Assembly (NCBI RefSeq): GCF_009914755.1
Contig: NC_060927.1
Reading direction: 5' to 3' (one strand)
DNA: 64,000 bases
Source of the DNA: the human T2T-CHM13v2.0 reference genome, Homo sapiens
Positions 1 through 14,335 of the stretch are shown here, piece after piece. The translations under genes and the position numbers were made by a program. Under the pieces are notes generated by a model. That model did no database searches. It was not told the DNA's origin and was given only the letters and a program-made list of their open reading frames with translations. Numbering within the stretch: the stretch's first letter is position 1; each line of letters starts with the position of its first letter.

Positions 1-250
1 TTGACTAAACTCCTTTGTAACGTTATTCTCTAGCCCCTCCAAAAGTCAAGCTGACACCCTGAATTCAAAGCCCCCACCATAAATCACACTGTCAGCAGGG
101 ACTATCTGGCATGTCTACTCAGGTACCCCCTAGTATATGAAGACAATATTAGGAGGCAGAACATTTCATGGGCTCAGATGTTATCACCAAGGACCTTGAG
201 GAAAAAATGTTCACACTTTTCTTTGGCCAAGGATAATCTTTTATTGTATA
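1..250 (-). mobile_element. MER21-like LTR fragment (ERVL)
   Basis: Contains 'aagcccccaccataaatcacac' and ends 'ctttggccaaggataatcttttattgtata', resembling the reverse-complemented start of MER21. Recognised from memory. Confidence 0.55.
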
Positions 251-324
251 TCCACCCACTAGCATTTGAAAATATAATTTCTTCTACCTTTTCCATGCTT
301 ATGAACCAAATAACAGTAAAAATT

Positions 325-678
325 AGTATGTTGAAGCCTTAACCCAGAGTGTGACTATATTTAGACATAGGCCCATTAAAGAGGTAATTAATTTTAACTG
401 AGATAATAAGGGCAGGGTTTTCAGTTCAGTAGGACTGATATGCTTAGAAGAAGAGGAAGAGTCACCAAGGATACACTCACTCAGAGAAGAGACCATGTGA
501 GCGCACAGTGACAAGGTGGCCATCTGTGAAGCAAGGAGAAGGACCTCCGGAGAAACCAACTCTGCTGGCACCTTAATCTTGGACTTTCAGCCTGGAGATG
601 TGACAGAAAATAAATTTCCATTGTTTAAGTCATCCAGTCTGTGGTATTTTATTATGGCAGCCACAGTAAACTACTACA
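325..678 (+). mobile_element. MLT1B-like MaLR LTR
   Basis: 'agaaaccaactctgctggcaccttaatcttggactttcagcct...aataaatttccattgtttaagtcatccagtctgtggtattttattatggcagcc...ctaca' is the typical MLT1A/B 3' half. Confidence 0.85.
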
Positions 679-2021
679 CCTATGAAAAACCACAAAGTGT
701 TAAGATATTAAATATAAAATATCAATCAGCTTTATAAAAGATGTCAATTAAAGTAAATGTGTATCTCATGCCAAAAAAGAAAAACCAGGTGCAAACATTA
801 TTGTAATATATTCACACTAAAATAAATACAGTATTTCTACCCACTGACAACTCAGGATTTATTATGAGCAGCAAATGTATCCAGTCTTGCTATTGCCATC
901 TTTTTAAAAGGTTCTTCTATTCTTTACCTCTGTTTAATGAAAATAAACTGGTTGTTATAAAATTCAAATACTCTGTATAGAAGATTAGTACATTTTTATT
1001 GTCTAATATATGCATTTTATTTTTATTTTTTGAGTTTTGATGTATCGAAATCAAAACAATCACATTTTTTTTCTATTTTAAAGAATTGCTAGCAAAAGGT
1101 ACAAATTGCTGTACTTTTCTCCTTGATTTTTTTTTGAATTGAGATTAGTCATGTTTTCTGCACACAGTACTACCTATATAAACAGGCTTTGCTTTAGGTT
1201 TAGAATTTGACTTAAACAGTGAAAATCAGTATTTTCTCTTCCCTCAAATGGCTGTGCTTCCTTTACTTTGAAATTTTATAGAATGATGAATCAAATTTGT
1301 TCTTAAGAGTTGGGTAGAAAAATCAACAACATTTAATGATAAAGAGATGTTAAAATGCTCACATGTATTCTGCACTTGTTACATGGAAGCCATTGTCGTG
1401 GGTCTTTAATATGTGCTACCTCATTTTAACTTCATAGTTAATTTTGTTCTTTGTGAACTTTACAGTTGCAAAGTTATAAGAGGAGGGAGTTCAAAATAGA
1501 AGTAAAAACAAGTAGAATCATTTCTCATGTGAGTATTTTCCATTTTGTTTTTCTTAAAAGAGTCCAATAATAAATGTTCTTTTACTACATCAAAGAATTT
1601 CAGATTGTTGAGATCAAGTAAGCATATCTGTAAAATGTTTCTTATTATTGGCTATTCTAATATCAGAAAATCCTATATAGATATTGTGATTGTTATTTTT
1701 CTTCAATGTGTCTTATTTGCAAGAGATCATACTGAGATTTTAGGCAATACTGCAGTGTTTAAACTAGCTGTATATCTTTTTGTGTATTTGTAAATCAAGT
1801 AGAAACTGTTCCTACATGTGTTGTGCTTTAATTAAACCAGCTGTGAACTTATCACAGGGTTGTATATAGCACCTTGCCAATACATAAAAAATTAACTGAA
1901 CACATATGGGTGATTTCTTTATGCTGGTTGTCCTGAAAGTCAATGAGTGCAGCCACAAGGTCATGTTGACAGCAATCATCAGTATCCCTGTCAAGACAGC
2001 TGCGCCAAAAAATCAACTTTA

Positions 2022-2330
2022 GGTCAGGCACAGAGGCTCACGCCTGTAATCCCAGCACTTCAAGAGGCTGAGGTGGGAGGATCTCTTGAGCCCAGGAGTC
2101 CGAGACCGACCTGGGCAACACAGGGCAATCCTGTCTCTTCAAAAAAATAAAAATAAATTAGCCGAGCATGCACCTGTGGTACCAGCTACTCAGAAGGCTA
2201 AGGTGGGAGGATCACTTGATCCAAGGAGGTTGAGGCTGCAGTGAATCATGTTCACTCCACTGCACACCAACCTGGATGACAGAGCGGTAACCTGTCTCAA
2301 AATAAAAATAAAATAAAATAAAATAAAACA
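2022..2330 (+). mobile_element. AluJ (AluJo-like)
   Basis: Dimeric Alu with J diagnostics ('ggaggatctcttgagcccaggagt', 'gaggctgcagtga'), a (TAAAA)n tail and an approximate TSD aatcaacttta/aataaacttta. Confidence 0.92.
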
Positions 2331-2638
2331 AATAAACTTTATTTCTCCCCATATTACAGAGGCAGGACAGGAGTGTCCTAGAAGCTCAAAAGTAAATGTA
2401 CCTCTTTGGAAACCTAAATTATATACTCTGTGAATTAACAGTATGCCACTCCACTGCACACCAACCTAGATGACAGAGCGGTACCCCATCTCAAAATAAA
2501 ATAAAATAAAATAAATACATAAAAATAAACTTTATTTCTCCCCATATTACAGAGGCAGGACAGTAGTGTCCTAGAGGCTCGAAAGTAAATGCACCACTTT
2601 GGAAGCCTAAATTATATACTCTGTGAATTAACGGTATG
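2253..2638 (+). repeat. Tandem duplication, 2 x ~194 bp (Alu 3' end + tail + unique flank)
   Basis: Both copies begin 'cactccactgcacaccaacct' (2253 and 2447) and end 'ctctgtgaattaac(a/g)gtatg'. Confidence 0.95.
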
Positions 2639-3627
2639 TTAAAACTATGTTAAATTCTGCTTTGCTATTTTGTTGTGTGATAAAAAGACTTCTAAATTGG
2701 AAGTCAGGAAGGATGGACCTCAGCCATGAGCTGCCCTGGCAGGCTGTGCTTATCACAACAGTTGGTATTGCCCTTACTGCAACAAATGGGGAAGTAGATT
2801 TGACTGCACATTTTAACAAAAATCTTGAGAATACCAGGAAAACAACTAGCATGAAGGGAAGGCTGGGCAGAATAGATTTCTCATCTTCTTCTCTAGTTTG
2901 CCTCTAGAACAAAAAGCATCTGGAACACAAAGGGCAAACAATAAATATGTGTAGAATAAATGAAGGCTTTCCAAAGCAAATAGATAAAAGATTCAAAGTA
3001 TACTTCTGTCTCCTATATGCTGTGTGACCTTGGAAAAAGGTCTCAGCTTTCTAAACATCAGTTTCCTAATCTATGACATATTCCTCATAGGGATAAACTG
3101 AAAAGTAAAGACTGGAATAGAGTTATAGGTACATAGATATAAATTTGAGGGTAGGTAGCACAGTATAAGCATTCAATATATAACTGTATAACAATAATGG
3201 TGGCAGTTATGCTTCTGCGACTCCTTAAATTGAATGTGATCATTAACTTTTACCCATCAGTATAAAAATGGAGCAGTTTTTCAACTACTCATGAAAAATT
3301 ATCCCTGCATCCTAAGATGATTTAATTTTTCATGGAACATAGAATTCTACGAATCACTTCATACTTAGTTTTCTTAGTCAAAAGTCAAAATCGTAATTTC
3401 GTTTTCACATTTAATTCTCTCTGGATGCTAAATCTTTACCTAGGCTGTGAGGGAAGGTTTCAGAGAATATAAGATTCAGTGAAGAAAAAATATTACATAT
3501 TTCTACTGAGAATTTTCCTTAATGAATTGTAAGCTACTGACCTTTCAAAATAGAGAAATTTCTGTGATTTTAAAATTCTTTTGTGTAAAATTTTATTTTT
3601 CTTCTTTCTTAAAAAATACATAAAGTA

Positions 3628-3983
<356 letters not shown>

Positions 3984-4271
3984 TTATATGTCAAATATTA
4001 ATAATGTAATAAAACACAAAAATCTTTTATCTATATTGCTAAGCTTTGTCCTAATAGCTATCACTGAGGTACACATTCTTTTCTGAAATCCTCCACTCTC
4101 TACCACTCTAAAATTTCTACTTATTTATTACAACTTTTTATATTTTTAATAAATTATTATAAACTTTCTTCTGTAGATCTATCAACCAGGATAGTTCCTT
4201 TGCAAATTGTCCAAAATACTGTCTCCTTATCTTTTTCTTTACTTCTAAATATATTATGAGTAAATACTCTT

Positions 4272-4580
<309 letters not shown>

Positions 4581-6334
4581 ACTTTCAAAGTATTTTAGTA
4601 CTTCTCTTAACAACTTTCACATAAAACACATTATTTTTTGCAGTTTTAAAAATGCAACCACAAAATAAATATTATTTTTCTTCAAAAAAGTTTTGTAATA
4701 AAGTGTTATATTATTTAGAATATTATGTTTAATTTGGGTAACATAAAATATAAAGTAACTAATTGAAAGACTTAATGGTTTAATCACTAATGGAGAATAA
4801 TGTTCATCATTAATATTTGGGTTCAACAAAATAACTTGTGTTCTTGGGGTTAGATGGTTTTCAGAAAGGCTTTTAACAATAAAATGCGTTTTGTTTTTCA
4901 GTTAGCAGAAACCTAGAACTAATCAGTAAAATTAAAGTAAAACTTACTAATATATTCTATTTGGAAAGTATTTTTGGCTTCATATATAATATAGTGACTA
5001 AGTATTTGTGCAATATTGTCAATAGACAGGTACTTTATTATTATCTAAAAATTGTGAATGAACATCAGATGCCTTGCCTAAGATGACACAGTTTGTGTTC
5101 TACAGTTTGTCTCAAAACCTAGACTATCAGACAACCAATCTCTTTGTTCTTTTTACTCTGACAAATTATATTGAAGCCAAAATAAATGAACATAGAATTT
5201 AGCTGATTAGTTGGTTGTGACAAACAAACAAGATAGGCTTTTTATGAGAATATAAAAATAGGCAATGTTCTCACTATGAACTAATCAATATTAGCTGACA
5301 GTAATAATAATATTGATGATGCATTCTGTAACTGTTCTCATAAATTATAACCATTTGGTTATTTATTATTTATTAGTTTTAAGCATATTTAATTGTAAAA
5401 TATTGATGCAAAATAAATAAGTACTATATTGGAGGAACGACTGAAATGAAGTTCTAGCTTCGTTATTTCAGAAACATTTTTTTTGCCAAGGAATTTCTAT
5501 TCAATATTTGCAGTAATTTTATACGACTATTTTTTACAGTTCTAGAGGTAATTGGGTGCGTTACAGATTGTCTCAAATATCAAGAGCTGTATTCAAAAGT
5601 AAACTTTTTTTTGACTGTGTATGTGATCACAATTTTTACAAATTTAAACTCATGGTTTTCAAATGGATATTCAGTGGCAACCATCATAAAGTTTGTTTTT
5701 GACAGATTTTTAAAAATAATTTAGACAAATAAATGGACTAGTTTATAGCTCTTATTAGTGGATTCTTATTGGTAAAAACCACACTCACAGAATAAGTAAT
5801 GGTAATGTATAGTGCTTCCTCACTGTTCTACAGTTCTTTGATGTCTATTTTCCATGTAAATGTTATAGATTCACTTGTTTATATACTGATTTTTTAGGGA
5901 AGAAAAATGGGGGGAGGGGATGTAGCATTAGGATAATAAAAATGACAGCTCAGAGGTAAAAATAAACCCCCTTTTTTTAAAATAATAACCATAAGCAGGA
6001 GTGATAGAGGAACATCTCAAAATAGACAAGGAGTAGAATTGTAGGAAAGAAATTATGAAGTATGAAGGAGGTTTTGGACTATGTGCTCATCCATTGAAAG
6101 AAAGAGGGAAAAATAATCCAGTAAATGGAATTATATAACACTTACAAAAATATAAGTACACACATTGATTCACATGTGGACTAAGAATCTCTTCCACTGA
6201 GAGTATACAGTGACCAAAACACTACACATGGGCCATTTTGATATTTAATAGAGGTTCAACTTCAGCTTCGGGGTAATTTAATAGAATGTTCCCAATAAAT
6301 TCTATTCTCAGAAATTTTTAATGTGCAATTTGAG

Positions 6335-6500
6335 AGTTTCTCAAAGTGTGGTGCATAAGAATTTTCTAGAGTACTTTTAAAGTGCTAATTTCTGAATCCC
6401 ACTTCAAATCTATTGAATCAAATTTTCTAGGAGTGACAACTGGGAATTTATTTATATAAAATAGTTTGCAAGCAATTCTTAGGCCCAGGAGAGTTTGGGG
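6335..6500. mobile_element. MER5-like hAT-Charlie MITE, degenerate
   Basis: 'gtttctcaaagtgtggtgcataagaattttctagagtac...tctattgaatcaaattttctaggagtg' follows the MER5A/B pattern. Confidence 0.55.
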
Positions 6501-6919
6501 CCTCAGTATTTAAAAAGTTGCTCAGGCATCTAAGATTATTTCATCATCTTTTGCCCTGAGCTTCAAATTTGTTTCATCAAGCATTGTTTGGCAGGGCAAA
6601 TTTTGCATCTTGGAGAAAGTTGGTTGAGGAACTTGCATAATCATTTGAACAAATGTAAATTTAGTCTGATTCACTTTTAAAAAATTTATTTCTCTTTATC
6701 TCTTTTCTAAAAACTTATTTAAATTGTTTCATGATACCTATTCATTGTTCTATTTAATGTTAACCTGGATTAAAGAAAGATACTGTTAAGCTTATTATTG
6801 CATCCTATTGAAATTAAAAAAAATGTATGTCTGAATGTTTTTATGTTACACCACTGAAATCTAACAGATCTCTGGTACACTTTTAGAATGAACTTTACTC
6901 CTGTGAGTACATGACTAAA

Positions 6920-7127
6920 GGTAATTTTGCCTATCAGGGATTCTTTGCCAATATCTGGAGACAGTTTTGTTGTCATAAATGAGGCATGAGGAGAGAGGTG
7001 AACTATTGGCATTGAGTGGGTGGAGGTCAAAGAAGCTTTTAAACATTCTACAGTGCACAGATGGCGCTCTACAACAAGGGATTATCCAGTCCAGAATATC
7101 AATAATGCTGCTATGGAGAAACCCTGG
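6920..7127 (+). mobile_element. MER20 (hAT-Charlie) fragment
   Basis: 'caatatctggagacagttttgttgtcataa...ctattggcattgagtgggtggaggtca...aaacattctacagtgcacag...gagaaaccctg'. Confidence 0.85.
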
Positions 7128-7335
7128 TTTACTCATATTCTATAATAATAATAATAATAAAATCTACCTCATAAAATTTGAGTTAGTGCTTATAAAAATA
7201 CATACTATACAGAAAGTCTTATCATGGGTGTTTATAATCATCATTGTCAGCACAAAAACCCACGGGGTTTTGGGAACTTCCCCTGGGGCCCTTGTTTGAT
7301 AAGTGCATTTATAGGCATAAAAATAAGTGGAACTA

Positions 7336-7662
<327 letters not shown>

Positions 7663-7933
7663 TTATCATGTTTTTAATGAGAAAAGTGAAACGAGATGTT
7701 TTTTGACTTGGCCAAGGTCAAAAAGCAATTTTATGTTAGAGCCAAAATTGACATTTTTGTTTTTATTTGTTAAAACAACATGTTTATTTAAATGTTATAA
7801 ATGTTGCAATAACCTGAAACTTATTCATATAATAATTAGGCCACTGTACTAGGGGTAATGGCATTTGTTTTGTGAAGTCAGAATTTATTTTATATCATTT
7901 CCCTATATATTTTCAATATTACAACTTAATTCT

Positions 7934-8192
<259 letters not shown>

Positions 8193-9927
8193 AATATAAT
8201 TACAACTTATATTTTTAGTAAAGAACTAAATTACTTTTAGGTTTTAACCACTGGAATTAGCTCAAAATGTTCTTTTTACTTTTTTAAAAAAAATGATGGA
8301 AGTAAAGCCAGTTATTATACACAAGACTATATAAGTAGACCACACCTAAGTAAATATAAACTTACTTCCCAAACCAATTTCTCATTTTAGAATGTGTTTG
8401 ATGTTACAGAAGAGTGTGGGTAGCGTAGGAATACTACCCACATTTTTCTCTAACACATAAACTCAGTCTTTGAGAAACACATGAGTCACTCTGAATACAT
8501 TTATTTGTTTAATTTTAGAATTTTGTAAATTTTGAAATCTCAATGCTTCCTCCTTCAATGCTCAGTGCTTTGTCTTATAAGCAAAACAAGGGTTTGAATG
8601 ATCACTTTCTCAACAGATGCAGCTCTAAAGTATAGTGAGAGAGGTTACTCTAAATAAGGATTAGAGGCTGTAGCAACCATCTGTTAAAAACATTCTTCAC
8701 TTTTATATTCATAACTCCCATGAATGTGTCTGTAATATTGAAGAATTTGAAGGAATTAGCTATTTACAGACAAAAGAATTTTACCTCCTTAAAAAATAGA
8801 ATCATAACTATGCTATAACTTCAAAAGCATCATTTAAAAAAGTCAAATTTTATTATAAAATACAATAAAATTACATTAAACTTTGACTTCAGTATCTCTG
8901 GATCTTTAGTTACTTGTATCTTCAACTTCTTGGAAAAATGAAGCCAACGGAGTAGGAAAGATGTGTGTTAAAATAATAAATAATAAATAAATTATCTTTA
9001 AAAAATAAGTATAATGACAGCCACTTATTTTTATTAAAATGTTATCATTAAAATATTCTCCAAAATTAAAATAGAATGCTCGAGAACTTTTCCTTAACTC
9101 AAAATGTTGTACATGACATATATTATGTGCAGTGTTGAAAAAGCAGAATACATCAGATTGAAGAAAATTAGACCAAAAATTGATTATTTTTTGAAATAAA
9201 ATCTATAAGTTTGAAACTTTATAAGATTTCTAAAGCCAAGCTAAACTTTGCACATAATATTTTTTGACGTTACCCTTGAGGTAAAGACTATTACAGATTT
9301 GTGAGTGTTACTTTTACATCTACAGAGAAGGTCACATTGGAAACGTTCGTAAAAATCTCAAGACAATAAGCAAGTTGCTATGTATAATTCATTTTTACCT
9401 CCTCTATTCTTGAGCTTTATTATAGGTCTTAAGTGTTTCAAGTAATATTGTATAAAATGATCAAATGAGTATTCAGTAATGGAAAAGTAACTGCATTTGT
9501 GTTCCAAGATTTTTAAGACAAAAGAAATATCAACTATTAATACAGTTGGCATCATAATCTCAGATATAATGTCTAGAATAGAAGTTATTGCCTGGAGGAA
9601 AAAAAAACACAAAACTTTTGGCTAAGGAGCTAATTCTGCATGAAAACTATCATTCTAAAACTAATGTTAAACAATATATTTTTTTATTTTTTAAAAAGTT
9701 GTCCACTAATGTAAAATAAACTCACACTGCATAGTCAATCAAAAATTTAGAAATATAAAATTAATACACTAGTATTGGAAGATGGCTAGAATCACAAACT
9801 GATAAAAGTGTAATCTTGAAAATAAACTACTTTGTCCCTGTATATCAAAGTATCTAATTGCCACTGGCAAAATTACTAGGAAGAAACTTAAAGTCTCCTT
9901 TTTACAAGAAGTTACTTTCTAGAACTA

Positions 9928-9928
9928 T

Positions 9929-9978
<50 letters not shown>

Positions 9979-10046
9979 TATATATACACACTATATATAT
10001 ATACATAATACATATATTGTGTATATATATGAATATATATATGTGT
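9928..10046. repeat. Compound (TA)n/(CA)n microsatellite
   Basis: Seen directly in the sequence. Confidence 0.95.
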
Positions 10047-10200
10047 ATTCGGTAATGGAAGAAGTAACTATTTTCAGACAAAAGAATTCTACCTAAACTT
10101 TTTTTTAGAACTCTAAATATACATATATATATGTTTTGGCAGAAACATTCAAACACCTGCATTTACTTTAATAATCTGTATTTAAAACATCTCTGTTCCA

Positions 10201-10530
10201 GGCCGGGCGCCGTGGCTGATGCCTGTAATCCCACCACTTTGGGAGGCCAAAGCGGGCGGATCACGAGGTCAGGAGATTGAGACCATCCTGGCTAACACGG
10301 TGAAATCCCGTCTCTACTAAAAATACAAAAAAATTAGCCGGGCCTGGTGGCGGGTGCCTGTAGTCCCAGCTACCCGGAAGGCTGAGGCAGGAGAATGGCG
10401 TAAACCCGAGAACCCGGGAGGTGGAGCTTGCAGTGAGCCGAGATCGCACCACTGCACTCCAGCCTGGGTGACAGAGCGAGACTCCGTCTCAAAAAAAAAA
10501 AAAAAAAAAAAAAAAGAAAGAAAAAGAAAA
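10201..10530 (+). mobile_element. AluY
   Basis: Y diagnostics 'accatcctggctaacacggtg', 'gagaatggcgt' and 'ggagcttgcagtg'; many CpGs retained; long pure poly(A). Confidence 0.95.
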
Positions 10531-10919
10531 GAAACAGACAGACAAACAAAATGTCTGTTCTAGTAAATTGCTCATTAATGTAGGTAAGTGCACCTATACA
10601 AGGCTATGAACAAAAATATTTAAATTTAAAATTTGTGAGGATGGATGTACTACATTTTTCAAAAAGTAAAGATTTCCAGAAATACTGACCCCGTTGGAAA
10701 CTACCCATCTAGTGTGCAGTAGCAATCACAAAGAATAAATCATTGGTTACATTGCTCTATTTTTTTCTAAGGTATTACAAAGCAAAAAATCTTCCACATG
10801 TCCATAGAGTATCTGGTTCAAATATATTTGCCAAATATTTTTATATTACAATTTTCCTTTTGCTATTCATTTACTTGAAGTTAATAGAAGCTGTTAGAAA
10901 GCAGAGTTGCTTTTGTTGG

Positions 10920-11558
10920 TGTTGGGGCTGAGGGAAAGCCTCCTCTTTCCCTCTGAAGTTTTGCTAAAAATCACCAAAAAGCAGATTAATAGGAGAAAAA
11001 ACCTACAAATTTATTTAATGTGCACAGAGGAACCTTTAGAATCAGGACAGAAAGATACAGGGAAAATTGTTCATTTCTATGCTTAGTTTCAACAAAGTAT
11101 GGACAGTCGTGTAGAAATGTGGATGGGCAATAAGGATATGATCTAATGCTAATAGGCTTGAGTGTTGAAACCCAGCAGGACCTGTCCTTCCAGATTCTCC
11201 TTGGCCTCTCTGTGCAGCATCCTTCCCTTCTGGGTATGGGGCAGGACGCTTTCTGGAATAAGGGCTTTATGACCTACAGTGATAACGGTAGGTCATATAG
11301 TTTCTTTATGGCCAGTTTTTACACAGGAATGCAGAAGGAAAGTTAAAGTAATATTTTTAGATTTTACAGTGGGTTTTGTGAAAAAGGGGTTCTGGTTTCT
11401 GACTAGCTGTGGAAAAAGGGATTCTAGTTTCTATGGCTAGCCTGGGGGAAGAATGGGATTGAGAGTTAGGAGATCGGGAGAAGGTTAGAGAAAAGCTTTT
11501 GCTTCTGAGGCTGCTTCTAAGGCTTTCATTATGGGGTACTGTTTTCTGAATTCCAACG
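10920..11558 (-). mobile_element. MER31-like ERV1 LTR
   Basis: 'gattctccttggcctctctgtgcagcatccttcccttctgggtatggggcagg' and end 'tggggtactgttttctgaattccaac' resemble the MER31 reverse complement. Confidence 0.75.
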
Positions 11559-12269
11559 TTGGAAAATCCATTAGTACTATAAAAATGTGGTAACCAATGT
11601 TCTCTAGACTCTAAGTAAATTGTGAAAACTGACGGAAGCAATGTGTATGCTTAAAGGTAATGGCTAAATGAAACAGTATGTTTAAGTTTAATCACTTTAC
11701 TTCTATCATTGATTTCCTTTACTTCCCTTTTCTAGTATGCCATACTCAATAACTTTTTGATCACATACCAATCAGAAATCAAGCATAGGCCTTAGAGCAG
11801 GAAGAAAAATGTTCTTACCAGTTTTGATTGGTCTCAATATTCTTGATTCCTTCTTGCTAATAGCCTTTTGGAACAACTTGATTTGCTTATTTAATCATAT
11901 TTTCCTTGCAAGTTATATTTTCCCTGATCATAGCTCACCCAGATGTGAAGTTATTATTTGGCATTTTAATGTAGGCAAGGTAAGTATCAGCTCTAAAGAA
12001 GACAGTATGGAGCTTTAACCATAATATGCATCCACGTGTTTGCCTGGCAGATTCTTAGTCTAGGCAATGCCTACTGTTGGTGAAAACAAATTATGACCCT
12101 AGTGTTTATAGAGCTTGTAATAAAACACGGAAAAGAGGAATGGTTCAGCTATGATAGTTATATAAAAGTAAGGGCTAAATTATGTAGCATTCAATATAAA
12201 CACACTCTAAGCCCATAAAATCATCTGTTAATACTAGCTCGAGTGGTATCCTAAAGCATTAAAGTGAAA

Positions 12270-12465
12270 TAGAAAAATTTAGAGACACAATGGCTGGATT
12301 GAAATTCCAGCTCTGCCACATGCTACATTGGTGACCTTTGCCAAGTTTCTTAACCTTCTATGCCTTGTGTTTCTCATCTGTAAAATAGGAATAATATTAT
12401 ACTCAGCTCATGAGACCATTGAAACGATTAAATGAGATGATACATTTAAAGCAGTTAGCACTCGA
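12270..12465 (+). mobile_element. MIR
   Basis: Core 'aattccagctctgccac...gtgacctttgccaagtttcttaacctt...tttctcatctgtaaaatagg...attaaatgagatgatacatttaaagca'. Confidence 0.85.
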
Positions 12466-12729
12466 AAATTTCTCAGCATAATGGAAGAACAATATGAGTG
12501 ATAAAGGTTCAGTGAGAATTGGCCTGGCTTGTGTGATATTTCAGGATTGAGTTGACCTGAGTTTTAAGGACTGATAAGTAATTATTAGAGACAAATGAAT
12601 TTCATCCTTATAGATGGTGTTCAAAGTTTTCCCTGCCAGATAAATTGTCAGAAACTTGTAAAACAAGGCCATAAAAGAGGGGTGGTATATCATACAAGGG
12701 GACAGGCACCTCAAGGATTTGGGGTCACA

Positions 12730-13015
12730 CTGTGCCAGTAAAATAGCAGTTAACCACATGTGGCTATTATGTACTTTATGACTTGTCCTAATAAAGAGAT
12801 CCTACTTAAAACATATACTAGGTTCGTAAGACTTAGTGTAAAAAAAGTATATATATCTTTTTAATTTTTTATGTTAATTAAATGGTGAAATGACAATATT
12901 TTGGATGCATTAGTTTACAAAAAAATACTATTAAACTTAATTTTATCTTTTTAAAATGTGTTTACTAAAAAACAAAATTATGTGTACAGCTTGCAATATA
13001 GTTTTATTTCTCTGT
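12730..13015. mobile_element. MER33-like hAT-Charlie MITE
   Basis: 'taaccacatgtggctatt...aagacttagtgtaaaaaaag...tgaaatgacaatattttggat'. Confidence 0.7.
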
Positions 13016-13995
13016 GCTAGTCTAGGGCAATGTATTTCGCTTATGCCATTAATCACTATTCATTAAAGTTCTTAGACATTTGGAAGTTCCTAGCTAGCTT
13101 CTGGATATTCAACTAACAGAGATACAAGTAATTTCTGTACAGTGGAAGAGATAACTGTAAAGATACATGACCTTGTAGACATCAAACTGTTTCAGAAAAA
13201 TATATCTTAACATGGCTTTGTTAAATTGTCTGTATATGTTAGTTTCGGTCATGCTCTTTGCACCATCATGAGATCTTACTGATCCCCTCATTAATTAATG
13301 AGTTAAGTAAAACTTTTGGCATGTGTTCACTTTCCGTTTGCTTGAGAGTCATACATTTCTTTGAAAATCATGCTTTATAAGTAAAACACTGAATTTGCTA
13401 TAGTTGGTAATAAAAAGCCCTTTGACTATGCACATTACGGGAGAGTAATCAACAGAAGATTTTCATTATTAACTCGGTTTTGGATATGCTACATGAATTT
13501 TGTAGGCTCCCAAATTTATCTGTAAATTGCATTAATAACAATTCAAAAGTGTGACATTTAAATATGATAATGTACTTTAATGTCCACTACGGTATTTGAA
13601 ATATAACAATTATTCAATAAATGACAATTTTTATTGTTATTTTTAATGAATGATTTATTTTTAAGTAGAATATTCTATAAAGTTTATTTACATTACATAC
13701 ATAGAGTAGTTATGAGAACAGAAAAAGAAATATTGGGAAAAGCACCTTGGAAAACATAGGATGCAGAAGATCTAGAAAATTGGTGACTGGAGTAAAAAGA
13801 AAAATGGGGGAATGAATTCATTAGGCAGAATAGTAAGATTTAATGACATATTAAAAAGAAGGACTGTTAAAGGAAGAACAAACATAAAGAATGGCAATGC
13901 CATTTATAGAACCATATAATTGTGAAGTGGAAGGCGGTTTGCTGAGAAGTGTTTCTATGTTTTTCTCATGTTGTCTTTGAAATATAGGGAAACTT

Positions 13996-14335
13996 CTGTG
14001 GTTTGAATGTTTGTCCCGTCCAAGACTCATTTAGAAAATTAATTATCAAAGTAACAGTATTAAGAAGTGTGACTTTTAAGAAGTAATTAGGCTAGGGGGA
14101 CTCTATTCACATGGGTGGGATTTGTGCCACTGGAAAAGAACAAGCTTGGCCCTCTTTCACCCTCTCTGCCATGGAATGATGCAGCAAGAAGGCCTTTGCC
14201 AGATGCTGGCCCCTGGATCTTAGACTTTCAGACTATGAGATCTTAGAGTTTCAGACTGTGAGAAATAAATTTCTACTCATTATAAATTACCCAGTCTCAG
14301 GTATTCTGCTTTAGCTGCCCAAAGCAAAGTAAGAA
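13996..14335 (+). mobile_element. MST(C/D)-like MaLR LTR
   Basis: 'tgtggtttgaatgtttgtccc...gatgcagcaagaaggcctttgccagatgctggc...ataaattacccagtctcaggtattctg'. Confidence 0.85.
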
